DNA of 64,000 bases from the NCBI GenBank assembly GCA_977020255.1, contig CDROCS010001350.1:1-64000 (forward strand), written 5' to 3'. The translations under genes and the position numbers were made by a program. A model generated the notes under the pieces. The model did no database searches. It worked only from the letters and a program-made list of their open reading frames with translations, and was not told the DNA's origin. Origin of the DNA: Obrimoposthia wandeli. Its lineage: Eukaryota. Of this stretch, positions 40,189 through 50,545 are shown one piece after another (position 1 is the stretch's first letter; the number at the start of each line of letters is the position of its first letter).

Positions 40189-41454
40189 TTGAGTATTACC
40201 ATGGCTAAAGTACGTTCGGCTAAACAACTTACATTCATCTACTTTTCGATCGTTGCGTTCGCAATCATCATGATCCACGCTACAGTACTTGATTCGACGC
40301 TTGAAAGTATTGAACAATTAAGTGTACAGAATCGACTATTATTGCAAAAAGAATCGATTATTGAAAAATCGAAATTATTGGGGCATTCCCGTTCGTTTAA
40401 AATTGATGAATTTACCAGAGGTTATTTTGATCGCGTTACCTTACCTGAATTGGTAGATGAAAATATCTATCTGCCTATCGATGAAGCCATTGAAATTCAG
40501 CAGGGTAATTCTTTAGGAACTGAGTTCTTTTTAATGAAACTTGCTACTTTAGATAAACAGCATTCGTTTATTTACATTGTCCATCGTGATCCCGCTTTTG
40601 AAATGGGTGAAGAAGAGATCATGTGGACACAATCATGGCAGTCGTTGATATCATTGTCGCTTCTGATTGTGGCATTATTAGTTGTGATGCGGATTTCAGA
40701 TAGGCTAACAGCACCAATATCGATATTTGCGCAACAGATTGCGCGTCGTACACCTGATGATAGCAGTGATATTGAGCTACCCGCGGGTATCGCGACGAAA
40801 GAGTTACTACAGCTTGTTGATAGTTATAACAAGAATCAGCAACAGAAAAATGCGTTAATCGAGCGAGAGCGTGCCTTTAATCGTATGGCGAGTCATGAAT
40901 TACGTACACCTTTAATGGTGATGAAAGGCGCGACCAATTTATTGAGCTACAGCAATGAACCTGAATTTATCAAAAAACAACAAGGTCGTTTAGAAAGTGC
41001 CGCAAATGAGATGAATGACTTTATTGATGCTTTGCTGTCATTAACTAAATCGGAACAAGACTTAGCACTAGCACAACGCCTGTTGACTGAAGATGAAATC
41101 ATGGTAAGTGTGAATGCGCACAGTGCTTTGCTTAGTTCAAAATCTGTCGTTGTTAATGTGATCATAAAGCAAGCCCCTATGGTCACGATCCCCGAAGTGG
41201 CGCTAAAATTGCTACTTGGTAATTTATTAAAAAATGCGTTCGCGTGTACCGAATCGGGTGAAGTGAATGTGGTCGTTGATTGTAATTCAATTGCTGTGAT
41301 TGATACCGGCATCGGTCTTTATAAGAAACTGCGCTCTGATGAAGGGCATGGACTCGGTCTATTAATTACCAGAGATATTTGTCGTAAATACAACTGGCAA
41401 TTTGAACTGAAAAATAATGAGGCTGGTGGCTGTAGCGCGATTATAACACTTTAG
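40189..41454 (+). CDS. Sensor histidine kinase, ColS-like
   Basis: Two TMs, periplasmic FEMGE (ExxE) before TM2, SHELRTPLMV H-box, NLLKNAF, DTGIG, GHGLGL. Confidence 0.9.
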   Translation: MSITMAKVRSAKQLTFIYFSIVAFAIIMIHATVLDSTLESIEQLSVQNRLLLQKESIIEKSKLLGHSRSFKIDEFTRGYFDRVTLPELVDENIYLPIDEAIEIQQGNSLGTEFFLMKLATLDKQHSFIYIVHRDPAFEMGEEEIMWTQSWQSLISLSLLIVALLVVMRISDRLTAPISIFAQQIARRTPDDSSDIELPAGIATKELLQLVDSYNKNQQQKNALIERERAFNRMASHELRTPLMVMKGATNLLSYSNEPEFIKKQQGRLESAANEMNDFIDALLSLTKSEQDLALAQRLLTEDEIMVSVNAHSALLSSKSVVVNVIIKQAPMVTIPEVALKLLLGNLLKNAFACTESGEVNVVVDCNSIAVIDTGIGLYKKLRSDEGHGLGLLITRDICRKYNWQFELKNNEAGGCSAIITL

Positions 41455-41479
41455 ATCTTGCTACTAACAAACCAACTAA

Positions 41480-41869
41480 TCACTTGGCGAATACCCAGCG
41501 GTCAGCTAAAAGATAGTTAATGAGCATACCAAATATAATACCGGGGATGATGGCTAAAATTGCAGCCGTCCCCGTGAGTGATAAGGCCGACACTAAGAGC
41601 CAATAACAAAGTAGATTAGGTATTGCCCCGAAACATGATGAGCACAGAAACTTACTCCATTGTTGAAGTAATCCTGAATCACTGTCTACTTGTTGTGCTT
41701 TAAAGGTAAAGCTGCGATTCAGTAGCCAATTACTGTTTACGGCAAAGAAAAATGCCAGTAATCGTGCAGCGTATAAAGGCATTAATGTTGAGAATACTAT
41801 CATTGCGCTTAAATCGACGATAAAACCAATGCCACCGACACAAGCAAATTTAATATATTTGTTATTCAT
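41480..41869 (-). CDS. GtrA-family membrane protein (candidate Und-P-sugar flippase)
   Basis: KFACVGGIGFIVD, NWLLNRSFTF, INYLLADRWVF; four TMs. Confidence 0.9.
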   Translation of the reverse strand: MNNKYIKFACVGGIGFIVDLSAMIVFSTLMPLYAARLLAFFFAVNSNWLLNRSFTFKAQQVDSDSGLLQQWSKFLCSSCFGAIPNLLCYWLLVSALSLTGTAAILAIIPGIIFGMLINYLLADRWVFAK

Positions 41870-41919
41870 GTTTAGTCTTAGCTAGCTTGTTTTTAAATCG
41901 TAAAGCTAACATCGAACAT

Positions 41920-41935
41920 GTAGAAAAAAAGTGAA
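41920..41935 (-). promoter_or_regulatory. Second ColR-box-like site upstream of gtrA
   Basis: Minus strand TTCACTTTTTTTCTAC (14/16 to the same consensus); overlapping TTTTCTACATGTT matches 39421-39433 at 12/13. Confidence 0.4.
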
Positions 41936-41997
41936 TAACAATTTATCTGAAATAATCTATCAACCGTAACGTATCAACCGTAGATCATAATCGTTCT

Positions 41998-42471
41998 TTA
42001 TAACAAGAAATCTTCATAAATAGGGTTGAATACAGTTGCGCTATTTATTAAGGCATTAGCCGTAAGGGCTGGTACGCCATACACTTCAGCTCTGACTTGA
42101 TGACGTGTCTTTATGGTATCAAGCAAGATAGCAAAGTCACCGTCACCAGAGAGTAGTACGACAGTATCGACTGACTCTGCAACTTGTAATACATCGATCG
42201 TTATACCCACATCCCAATCACCTTTTGCGCTGCCATCACTGCGTTGGATAAAAGGTTTTAGTTTCACATCAAAGCCAATATGTTTGAGTGCGTCTTGGAA
42301 CTTTCGTTGCTGATCGTCATTTCTGTCAATCGCATAAGCATACGCAGTGACTACGTCACCTTGCAATAATAAATGCTGCCAGAGTTTACGATAATTAAAC
42401 TGACGCCCATAAGTATGGCGAGTGGTGTAATAGATATTCTGTACGTCAACAAATACGGCTATTTTCTGCAC
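41998..42471 (-). CDS. NYN domain-containing protein (LabA/DUF88)
   Basis: VFVDVQN, KGDWDVGITID, SGDGDF. Confidence 0.92.
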   Translation of the reverse strand: MQKIAVFVDVQNIYYTTRHTYGRQFNYRKLWQHLLLQGDVVTAYAYAIDRNDDQQRKFQDALKHIGFDVKLKPFIQRSDGSAKGDWDVGITIDVLQVAESVDTVVLLSGDGDFAILLDTIKTRHQVRAEVYGVPALTANALINSATVFNPIYEDFLL

Positions 42472-42521
42472 GAGCTATTCCTATTTTTATGCGGTTTATT
42501 TTAAAGTGCCATGATAATGAA

Positions 42522-42989
42522 CTATGCTTTTTTCGCGTATTTAGCGAGGTACTGATCAAGCGCATTACCAAATGCTTGTTTATCTTTTATGCCTAATGCC
42601 GCGGGTCCACCGGTCATTTCACCGCTTGCGCGCATGGTATCCATAAAATCGCGCATATTCAGACGCTGACGGATATTACTAAGCGTATACTTTTCGCCAC
42701 GAGACGTGATGACATGGCCACCTTTTTCGATCACCTCTGCCGCCAATGGAATATCAGAGGTGATAACCAGGTCATCCGCCGACATTTTTAAGACGATATG
42801 GTCATCTGCAACATCAAAACCGGAAGGAACTTGGGTCATTGATATATAAGGTGAAGCCGGTACACGTATCCAGTGATTCGCCACAAGTACTAATGGTACT
42901 TTCACACGCACAGCTGCGCGAAAAAGAATTTCCTTCATTGGGGTCGGACAAGCATCCGCATCAACCCAAATTGTAATATTATTTTGCAT
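42522..42989 (-). CDS. YaiI/YqxD (UPF0178) family protein
   Basis: [35 protein letters not shown]. Confidence 0.92.
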   Translation of the reverse strand: MQNNITIWVDADACPTPMKEILFRAAVRVKVPLVLVANHWIRVPASPYISMTQVPSGFDVADDHIVLKMSADDLVITSDIPLAAEVIEKGGHVITSRGEKYTLSNIRQRLNMRDFMDTMRASGEMTGGPAALGIKDKQAFGNALDQYLAKYAKKA

Positions 42990-43100
42990 ATCACCTTCAT
43001 ACTTATTTAAAGAGGGGTATTTTAACGTATAAGCAGATAAAAATGTTGGTCAGTTGTTATTTATTAGCCATACTTAAATTATGTTCACTAGGAGACGTCT

Positions 43101-44414
43101 ATGTATAAAATGTATCTTTTTAAGAGATTGGAAATTATACAAAAACTCTCTATTAACAACAAGTTAAAATCGATGTTATTGTTGGTTATGATCACATCGA
43201 TAAGTCATCATGCTTCTGCGTTACCACTTCATCAAGTTTCAATTCTGGGCAGAACGACAGATGTGATCGATAATATGAATACCATCAATAATGAATATTA
43301 TGCCTACGTCAATCATAGTAATACACAACCAGATAATCTGTTACCAAATAATCACGCGGTCAGTGACGTACCTGTTTCCAAAAAGACGTTACAGTTTTCA
43401 AGCCGTGCGAGTTATCTAAACTGGCTTTCTGTGCAATATAAGTGGGATGAAATAATATTTTCTAGTTTATTACGCATCGGCGATCGGGCCCCTATGGTGC
43501 ATGAAATCCATGCTCGGTTGATATTACTGGGAGATAGCGATGCGCAATTGCATCAATCAAATATTTACACGGCAGAAATTGCAACAGCAGTGCGTAATTT
43601 TCAGCGTCGACATGGATTAACGGCAGATGCAGTCATAGGTCCCGATACACTAAAATGGTTAAATCTAAATCCCCTTCGACGATCTGAGTTGTTGAGTCAA
43701 AATATGGAAGAAAAAATCCATTTCATGGCTAATCTTGGTGACCGATACCTGCTTGTCAATATCCCTGCTTATGAATTACTGCTCAGCGATAACGGTAAAA
43801 TTGCACTGCGCTCTCGTGTCATTGTTGGTAAACCTAAAAAACCAACGCCGATATTAACGAGTGAAATTAAGAGCATCGTCATTAACCCAAGTTGGCGGGT
43901 GCCGCGGAGTATCTTAGAGGACGATTTATTACCAAAAGTACAAAAGAATGGCGATTTTTTTGCTCAACGTAATTTTAAAGTGTTTAACTATCAAAACCAA
44001 ACAATAGAAAAATCCCCTGCAGAGTGGCAGGAACTCGCCAATGGCCAATTCCCATATCGACTTGAACAAATGCCGGGAACAAACAATGCCCTTGGGCGTT
44101 ACAAATTCTATTTCCCTAATGATTTTAGCGTTTACCTTCATGACACAACCAATACGAACTTGTTCAACAATGCCAATAGGGCGTTATCTTCTGGTTGTAT
44201 TCGCATTGAGAAAGTAGATGAATTGGCCAATTGGGTTGCTAATAGCTTAGTTGATAATAAAGCATTATGGTCGAACCTTAAATTTACACGAAAAACAACC
44301 AAGTGGTTTCCGTTAAATGATGTTTTACCAGTACATTTGGTGTATTGGACTGCATGGATTGATGACAGTGGATTAAGCCAGTATCGTGACGACATATATG
44401 CTTTGCAGCAATAA
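43101..44414 (+). CDS. L,D-transpeptidase, YcbB/LdtD type, with peptidoglycan-binding domain
   Basis: FQRRHGLTADAVIG, VNIPAY, VIVGK, NPSWRVP, YLHDT, SSGCIR. Confidence 0.9.
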   Translation: MYKMYLFKRLEIIQKLSINNKLKSMLLLVMITSISHHASALPLHQVSILGRTTDVIDNMNTINNEYYAYVNHSNTQPDNLLPNNHAVSDVPVSKKTLQFSSRASYLNWLSVQYKWDEIIFSSLLRIGDRAPMVHEIHARLILLGDSDAQLHQSNIYTAEIATAVRNFQRRHGLTADAVIGPDTLKWLNLNPLRRSELLSQNMEEKIHFMANLGDRYLLVNIPAYELLLSDNGKIALRSRVIVGKPKKPTPILTSEIKSIVINPSWRVPRSILEDDLLPKVQKNGDFFAQRNFKVFNYQNQTIEKSPAEWQELANGQFPYRLEQMPGTNNALGRYKFYFPNDFSVYLHDTTNTNLFNNANRALSSGCIRIEKVDELANWVANSLVDNKALWSNLKFTRKTTKWFPLNDVLPVHLVYWTAWIDDSGLSQYRDDIYALQQ

Positions 44415-44484
44415 AACTTGATCTAATAGCTTATTGCATATACATTCCACTGCTTCTGTATGAAAAGCGATCAATGGTGGTAAA

Positions 44485-45027
44485 GTGTCAATAGTATGTT
44501 CAACCCGTAGAAAGGTATTAGTAGGTCTTGGTGGATTAGCCGCATGTTCAGTGCTGCCTGTGCAAGCAAGTCAAAGCGTAATAGGCTTGAGAAAATTGGG
44601 TTTTTACAACATTCACACAAGAGAACGTGAGCACGGTAGCTATTGGATCGATGGTTTCTATCAGGATGATACTCTTCAAAATTTTAGTCATGTACTCCGA
44701 GATCACAGACAAAATTTAGCCGCTCCGATGGACAACCGTTTATATGAGTTATTGTATCAGCTAAATCGAACCTTAAATGTGACAGAAGAGTTTCATGTTA
44801 TCTCCGGATATCGTTCACCTAAAACAAATCAAATGCTAGCAAGTAAAAGTAATGCTGTAGCCACAAAAAGCTATCACATGCGTGGTATGGCCATTGATAT
44901 AGCTATGCCTGATGTGAAGTTATCTCATTTACGTGAGGCAGCTATTTCGTTAAAACTAGGTGGGGTTGGTTATTATCCTAAATCAGGGTTTGTCCATGTT
45001 GACACTGGGCCTGTGAGGCTGTGGTAA
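44485..45027 (+). CDS. YcbK/MepK (DUF882) peptidase with Tat-like signal
   Basis: TRRKVLVGLG, ISGYRSPKTN, SYHMRGMAID, GVGYYPKSGFVHVDTG. Confidence 0.92.
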   Translation: MSIVCSTRRKVLVGLGGLAACSVLPVQASQSVIGLRKLGFYNIHTREREHGSYWIDGFYQDDTLQNFSHVLRDHRQNLAAPMDNRLYELLYQLNRTLNVTEEFHVISGYRSPKTNQMLASKSNAVATKSYHMRGMAIDIAMPDVKLSHLREAAISLKLGGVGYYPKSGFVHVDTGPVRLW

Positions 45028-45061
45028 GTTTATTCGTTGCAGTTTATTTGTAGTTGATAAT

Positions 45062-45087
45062 AAAGGGTTGCTCATGGCAGCCTTTTT
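45062..45087 (+). terminator. Rho-independent terminator
   Basis: AAAGGGTTGC-tcatg-GCAGCCTTTTT. Confidence 0.7.
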
Positions 45088-45174
45088 AATTTTCCGGCGC
45101 TGTAATACTGAGCGTTAAGATTGGATTGTTACCGTTAAGATTACTGCTAGTAGTATGATTTGTTAATGACAAGT

Positions 45175-46278
45175 CTATTTTATAGTAATAACGGCTTTTA
45201 AGTTATCGGTGGTACCGCCAGTACAAGCCTCTGAAAATGGTTTGCCTTTCCCAATAAAACGATTTTTTTCTAGGGTGACTTTATTCAACTTCGGGTTTAA
45301 AAAAGTAGTAAATAAGCATATAGCGACAACTTTAATTTTATCATCAATGATAAGGTTGTCTTTAATGATCGTGTCTCCGTGTCCGACCGCAATACCAATA
45401 GGTCTATACCCAGAACGATTAGTGATATCTGTAATTACATTGTTCTCTATTAAATAACCGCCCAGTTCTGCAAATGAAGACTCGGTAGCAACGGTGATCG
45501 CAGCGTTAAATTGTAAATTAATATTACTAATACTATTTTCGATTATTTTCACGTCATAGGCATTGGCCTTAACATCAATCGCTTCGTTGTTGGTGTGATG
45601 AATGATGTTATTACGTATCGTTACATCGCTTACCGTATGGCGTATTTTTAACCTGCTCTTATCTTTGGTATAAGCACCATCACCAATATATAAACCTTCT
45701 CCATAACGGGGATGGAGCCGCCCAGTATTAAAAATAATGTTGTCTTTGATAAGATAGTGGCTACCGCCATAATATTTGGGTTTTATTGATATGGCTTGAT
45801 TACCGATATCAAATACTCTATTTGATATCAGTGATATATTGGAAGAGTCTTGTACTAATATTGCGCTTAAACCACCAGTGATGATCAGCCCTTGGATAAT
45901 AATTCCCTTAGAATTCTTTATTGTTAAACCTGTCCCCGTGTAGTGTTTACTTTTTATTGTGGTTCCTAGGTAATGTAAAGGACGGATTATGAGCGGTTTA
46001 TTACCACTGTCGAAGTCTTCAATCATGATGACTGGTTGATAGCTGTCAGCAAGGCAAATCACGTCACCTTCAATATAGTGTTCTAAAGCAAAACTCAATT
46101 TAGTAAACGAAGGTATTGGATATGATAAATTTTTCTTACCGGTTGTGATTAGCTTTGTACAATCTTGTGTCGTATTCGTTAATGCTGAATTGGCTGTATT
46201 TGAAAAGGTAGCCATGTGTAAAATTAAAGAACACAGAATTAATTTGTTTCTATATTTAGTGATAACGTCATACATCAT
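45175..46278 (-). CDS. Secreted right-handed parallel beta-helix protein (possible polysaccharide lyase or modifier)
   Basis: Signal peptide; repeated I-x-x-N-x-I beta-helix turns; GEGLYIGDG and EAIDVK. Confidence 0.7.
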   Translation of the reverse strand: MMYDVITKYRNKLILCSLILHMATFSNTANSALTNTTQDCTKLITTGKKNLSYPIPSFTKLSFALEHYIEGDVICLADSYQPVIMIEDFDSGNKPLIIRPLHYLGTTIKSKHYTGTGLTIKNSKGIIIQGLIITGGLSAILVQDSSNISLISNRVFDIGNQAISIKPKYYGGSHYLIKDNIIFNTGRLHPRYGEGLYIGDGAYTKDKSRLKIRHTVSDVTIRNNIIHHTNNEAIDVKANAYDVKIIENSISNINLQFNAAITVATESSFAELGGYLIENNVITDITNRSGYRPIGIAVGHGDTIIKDNLIIDDKIKVVAICLFTTFLNPKLNKVTLEKNRFIGKGKPFSEACTGGTTDNLKAVITIK

Positions 46279-46469
46279 AGATAACCTTATAACGGGCTAA
46301 TGTAACTGTGTTAATGATAGTGCATGAGACTCGCATTGACATCCAAGGGAATGCCAAATCCTTACCTAACGTCTAATATCATATTTATGCTGAATTAATT
46401 GTTATATGACTAGCTAAATATAATCTGTTTGGATTCTAGTTGTCTTCTCTACTTCAAATTGGATTTTAT

Positions 46470-47720
46470 ATGAATGTTATTATCTGGCTTGAAAAATATG
46501 GTTTATTACTTATGTTGTTGTTTTGTCTTGGCGTTTATACACCGGACTTTACTAATAAGATTAGTATGATGGATCGAGAGTTAGATTCAATTACGAGTGG
46601 TCTTGCCCAAAGTAATCTATTCAAACAAGTATTTTGGGTAATCTTATTCATGTTCTTTTCGTTTAGATTTTTTATAAATACTGAGATAAATAAATTAAAA
46701 CCAGAAGTTATAAAGAAAATATTCATCTTAATTGTCATTTGTACTATTGCTTTACTCAGTGCTAGTTGGTCTAGTTATCCGATGATTGCAATGAAACGAG
46801 CCGTGTTTCAAATTCTATTTTGTACCTCGTTAGCGTTAGGGCTTTGCTTTTCATATTATCATAATAGTATCGAGTTAAATCTAAAAGCAGCAGTAATTAT
46901 ATGTATCATTATGATATCAGTGGCTATAGCGCAAGGTGCAGGGTTTAATCAAGATATGCAATTGGCCGGATATTTTAAATCAAAAAATACGATGGGTATT
47001 AATTTGGCAGTGTTAATTGTTATAAGCCACATGTGGATGAAATCATTTGATATAAACAGTGTGTTTTTAAATGTAATGTTAGTCATTCTGTTTGTGTTAC
47101 TTATTTTAACTCAGAGTAAATCAAGTATTGTGCTGTGTATTATGTATTTCCTAATGACACACATAAGTTTGTTTAAAGTAAAAGTAATAACATCAACGAT
47201 GGCAATTTTATTTTTTAGTGTGTTCATTCTTATACCTGGGGTGAGTTATCACATGAATGATTACCAACATATTGCATTATATGTTGATGATGATTTTTTT
47301 ACTGGTCGAGGGGTTATATGGGATTCACTCTATTATGATCTTACATTTTTTGATGAGATAACATTTGGTTATGGTTATGGCAGTTATTTTGGTGTGGGTA
47401 TAATACCGTTCGTATTAGATGATAAATACAGTTTTTTGCAATATATATCATCAGCACATAATGGTTATCTAGAGCTGTTATTACAGTTTGGTGTTGTGGG
47501 CTCATCTTTTATCTTTGTTTTTTTAATTATTTCAATGTTGAAATCTAACAATACATATTTCCATGCTGCACTTATTATACCTATTCTTCATAATGTAACG
47601 GAATCAACGGTATTTAGAGATGCAAGTATGGCATGGTTGTTAATGGTTGTGATTATAGTGTCATCCGGTATTTACCTCGTCAGACATGCAGAAAATAACC
47701 GGCGTTCCAGTGCGATTTAA
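46470..47720 (+). CDS. Wzy polymerase / O-antigen ligase-family protein
   Basis: About 11 TMs; SKNTMG, TQSKSS, FTGRGVIW, SAHNGYLELL. Confidence 0.82.
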   Translation: MNVIIWLEKYGLLLMLLFCLGVYTPDFTNKISMMDRELDSITSGLAQSNLFKQVFWVILFMFFSFRFFINTEINKLKPEVIKKIFILIVICTIALLSASWSSYPMIAMKRAVFQILFCTSLALGLCFSYYHNSIELNLKAAVIICIIMISVAIAQGAGFNQDMQLAGYFKSKNTMGINLAVLIVISHMWMKSFDINSVFLNVMLVILFVLLILTQSKSSIVLCIMYFLMTHISLFKVKVITSTMAILFFSVFILIPGVSYHMNDYQHIALYVDDDFFTGRGVIWDSLYYDLTFFDEITFGYGYGSYFGVGIIPFVLDDKYSFLQYISSAHNGYLELLLQFGVVGSSFIFVFLIISMLKSNNTYFHAALIIPILHNVTESTVFRDASMAWLLMVVIIVSSGIYLVRHAENNRRSSAI

Positions 47721-47750
47721 ATATCTGGTTCGTGATAGGTATGTATATTT

Positions 47751-49190
47751 ATGAGTAAAATAAACAAAGAATTGAATAAAGGGATTATTCAAAGTTTAAT
47801 CGGGAAATATTCTCTTTACCTATTGCAAATTATATCATTATCCATTTTAGCACGATTATTCACACCAGAAGATTTTGGTACCTTAGCGGCGTTACAAGTG
47901 CTTATTCTTTTTTTTCAACTATTAGCTACATCAGGACTCGCACCAGCCATTATTCACCAAGATAGTATCGATGTAGATCAGCGTAATGGCATCTTTACTG
48001 CGACGTTTATTATTGGTATTTCGCTGTCTTTTTTATTCATTTATATTACGCCATTACTCGCGAACTGGCTTAACTTAACGCACGTTAGCTTGTTAACCTA
48101 TGTATTAACGTTGAATGTACTTTTTTCAGCCATAGCAATGTTACCATTGGCTTCGTTACAAAAAGACACCAAATTTATTATTATTGGTAAAGCAGAGGTA
48201 TACGCAGAAATAATTGCGTTAATTATTTGCATTATATTGTATTTATTCGATTTAGGGGTCGTAGCATTAGCGGTTAAACTATCAATTACACCTGTAGGTC
48301 GGTTTGTATTTTATTATCGATTTTCAAAACAGACCGAGATAGGCCAGGCCAAATTGGGGAGCAAGATATCAAGTATTGTCCCATTATTCGCGGTAGCTAA
48401 ATTCCAACTTGGTTTTAATATACTTAATTTTTTCTCTCGAAATTTAGATACTATATTAGTGACTAAATATTTCGGTGTAACGACCGTCGGTTTTTATGAG
48501 AAAACCTACCAGCTTATGCGCTATCCACTTCAACTGTTTACCTTTGCCATTAATCCTGCACTGCAACCTGTATTAACGCGATATAAAACACAACCAGCAA
48601 TGATTTTCGCTGCTTATTATCAATTGGTTTACAAACTCGCAGCGTTAGGGATAGTCACTGCGACGATCATGTTTTGGAATGCCGATGACATTATTTTCAT
48701 ATTGTTTGGATCTCAATGGTTGGCTGCTAGTGAGTTGTTGAAAATATTAGCGCTCTCAATTCCGGTACAAATGGTGCTAAGTTCAACTGGCGGTTTGTAT
48801 CAGGCAATGGGCGCGACCAAACAGATGTTTTATTGCGGTGTATTCTCATCTATTGTCAACGTTTCGGCCATTATTCTTGGTGTGTATACGGGGGAGATGA
48901 CCGTGTTGTGCACAAGTTTGGTGGTCGCTTTTATTATTAATTATTTCCAATGTTTTTATGTTTTACATCATAGTGTGTTTAAGATAAAAAAATTACGGTC
49001 TTTTACAGTATTGTCTAGTTTGGTCTTGATTAGTTTGGTTAACGTCGTGTTTGAATCAACGGATAAAACCCCACATGATTCATTCAGCTACTCAAACAGT
49101 TTTTATAATATAGCCAACGTGCTCCTACCTCTTATCCTTATTGCTGTGATTGCATTCATTTTTAACAAACGTCACAAATTAAAGCGCTAA
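47751..49190 (+). CDS. wzx: Wzx flippase (PST family)
   Basis: ILARLFTPEDFG, RNLDTILVTKYFG...VGFYE; 12-14 TMs. Confidence 0.88.
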   Translation: MSKINKELNKGIIQSLIGKYSLYLLQIISLSILARLFTPEDFGTLAALQVLILFFQLLATSGLAPAIIHQDSIDVDQRNGIFTATFIIGISLSFLFIYITPLLANWLNLTHVSLLTYVLTLNVLFSAIAMLPLASLQKDTKFIIIGKAEVYAEIIALIICIILYLFDLGVVALAVKLSITPVGRFVFYYRFSKQTEIGQAKLGSKISSIVPLFAVAKFQLGFNILNFFSRNLDTILVTKYFGVTTVGFYEKTYQLMRYPLQLFTFAINPALQPVLTRYKTQPAMIFAAYYQLVYKLAALGIVTATIMFWNADDIIFILFGSQWLAASELLKILALSIPVQMVLSSTGGLYQAMGATKQMFYCGVFSSIVNVSAIILGVYTGEMTVLCTSLVVAFIINYFQCFYVLHHSVFKIKKLRSFTVLSSLVLISLVNVVFESTDKTPHDSFSYSNSFYNIANVLLPLILIAVIAFIFNKRHKLKR

Positions 49191-49241
49191 ATTTATAGTC
49201 TAAAGAACAAGGAAGTTTTGTACCCAATTACGGTTTTATTA

Positions 49242-50258
49242 TTAACTGCCAATGAAATAGCGACTTCGCTTACCCAAGGTTTTAATTATGCATATTGAAA
49301 GTAGTGAACTAATTGCAACAACCAACATAAATTTAATAAATGTTGCTGACCCATCGCTAAGACCATAGCTCAATAATGTGTTGTCAATTGATACCCTTGT
49401 TAATAGGATTAGAACATAACCATGTATGAAATAAAGTGAGAATGATATTTTTGCTAGAAACGATAACGGTTTTATATTGAAATTTTCTAATGAATTAATT
49501 GACGTTATAAAAAAAAGGATTAACAATATTTTTTGTATATACAATAAGTCAAAACCAGAGAAAACAAATAAATCTTTATGGCTGCTACCAATACTCCCAA
49601 TTACATGTCCCTGTACATAAGCTAATAATATGGTTGAAAATAAAAATAGGTGATTGTACTTCCTTATTTTATATATTAAATCTCGATGGACAAGACAGTA
49701 AATTCCAAACAAATAAAATGGGATGTGGTAGATGAACGAATGAAATGGATTTAAGCCGCCAATAGGGCGGTGGGCTAAGATAGAAAGCAAAGAGAGTATA
49801 AGTAAAATAGTCAGTTGTGATTTATTTGTTAATGATGTGAAGTGTATGATGATAGGAGCGCTGATGAATAACAGTAAAGCAAAAGGAACATACCAATACG
49901 CAGTGATGTGACGTCCTGTGACGATGTTTATTAAGCTACCTTCTACGGTCGATACATCACCAAGTAACGGATGGAAATCACCACTTAACGCTATATTAAT
50001 TAATGCCGGTGAAGAACAGATTAAATACGGTAATATTACAAATTTAAATTTTCTTTTTAAATATAGAGGGTAGTTAAAAACACCTTTTTGTAGATGTTGA
50101 AACAAGTAACCACTAATGAATACAAATAATGCGGTAGACCCTGAAAGTAGATTAGTAAAGATCGGATTGTCAATTTCGACATTGCCCACATGAACGTGGG
50201 CGGCAATAATAAATAATATTGCAATGCCTCTAAAATAATGAAAAGAAGTTATAAACAT
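49242..50258 (-). CDS. Acyltransferase family 3 (membrane O-acyltransferase)
   Basis: FRGIAILFIIAAH, FVFISGYL, YWYVP, SFSLYFIH. Confidence 0.88.
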   Translation of the reverse strand: MFITSFHYFRGIAILFIIAAHVHVGNVEIDNPIFTNLLSGSTALFVFISGYLFQHLQKGVFNYPLYLKRKFKFVILPYLICSSPALINIALSGDFHPLLGDVSTVEGSLINIVTGRHITAYWYVPFALLLFISAPIIIHFTSLTNKSQLTILLILSLLSILAHRPIGGLNPFHSFIYHIPFYLFGIYCLVHRDLIYKIRKYNHLFLFSTILLAYVQGHVIGSIGSSHKDLFVFSGFDLLYIQKILLILFFITSINSLENFNIKPLSFLAKISFSLYFIHGYVLILLTRVSIDNTLLSYGLSDGSATFIKFMLVVAISSLLSICIIKTLGKRSRYFIGS

Positions 50259-50545
50259 GTTAAGCCTTTCTCTTAACCTCACACATTAACATCATAGTTT
50301 ATTATTTAAATATATAAAATGTTTGTTTCAGTGTTAGCCCTTATCAATTGCGGCCATAAATAAAATGACTGCTATAGTTAATGGGATATTTAATGAGTAT
50401 CTACATGGAAACTAATTTCGTGTTGAAGTTTAAATTAATTAACGGATTATCAATAACATATTCAGTGGATGAGCGGGTTGTTTGTGTAGCTCAGTAGTTC
50501 ATTTATTAAAATGAGTCTACTTTAAATTTTTTAAGGAATCTTGTT

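Noticed and set aside
41958-41982. 11-bp direct repeat TATCAACCGTA x2 after the NYN gene
   Set aside because: Only two copies and no associated feature; not a CRISPR array or att site on this evidence
46336-46365. TTGACA (+) and TGGCATTCCCTTGG (-) promoter candidates in the wzy/beta-helix spacer
   Set aside because: No properly spaced -10 for the TTGACA; the sigma54-like string has the wrong spacing and no GC at -12
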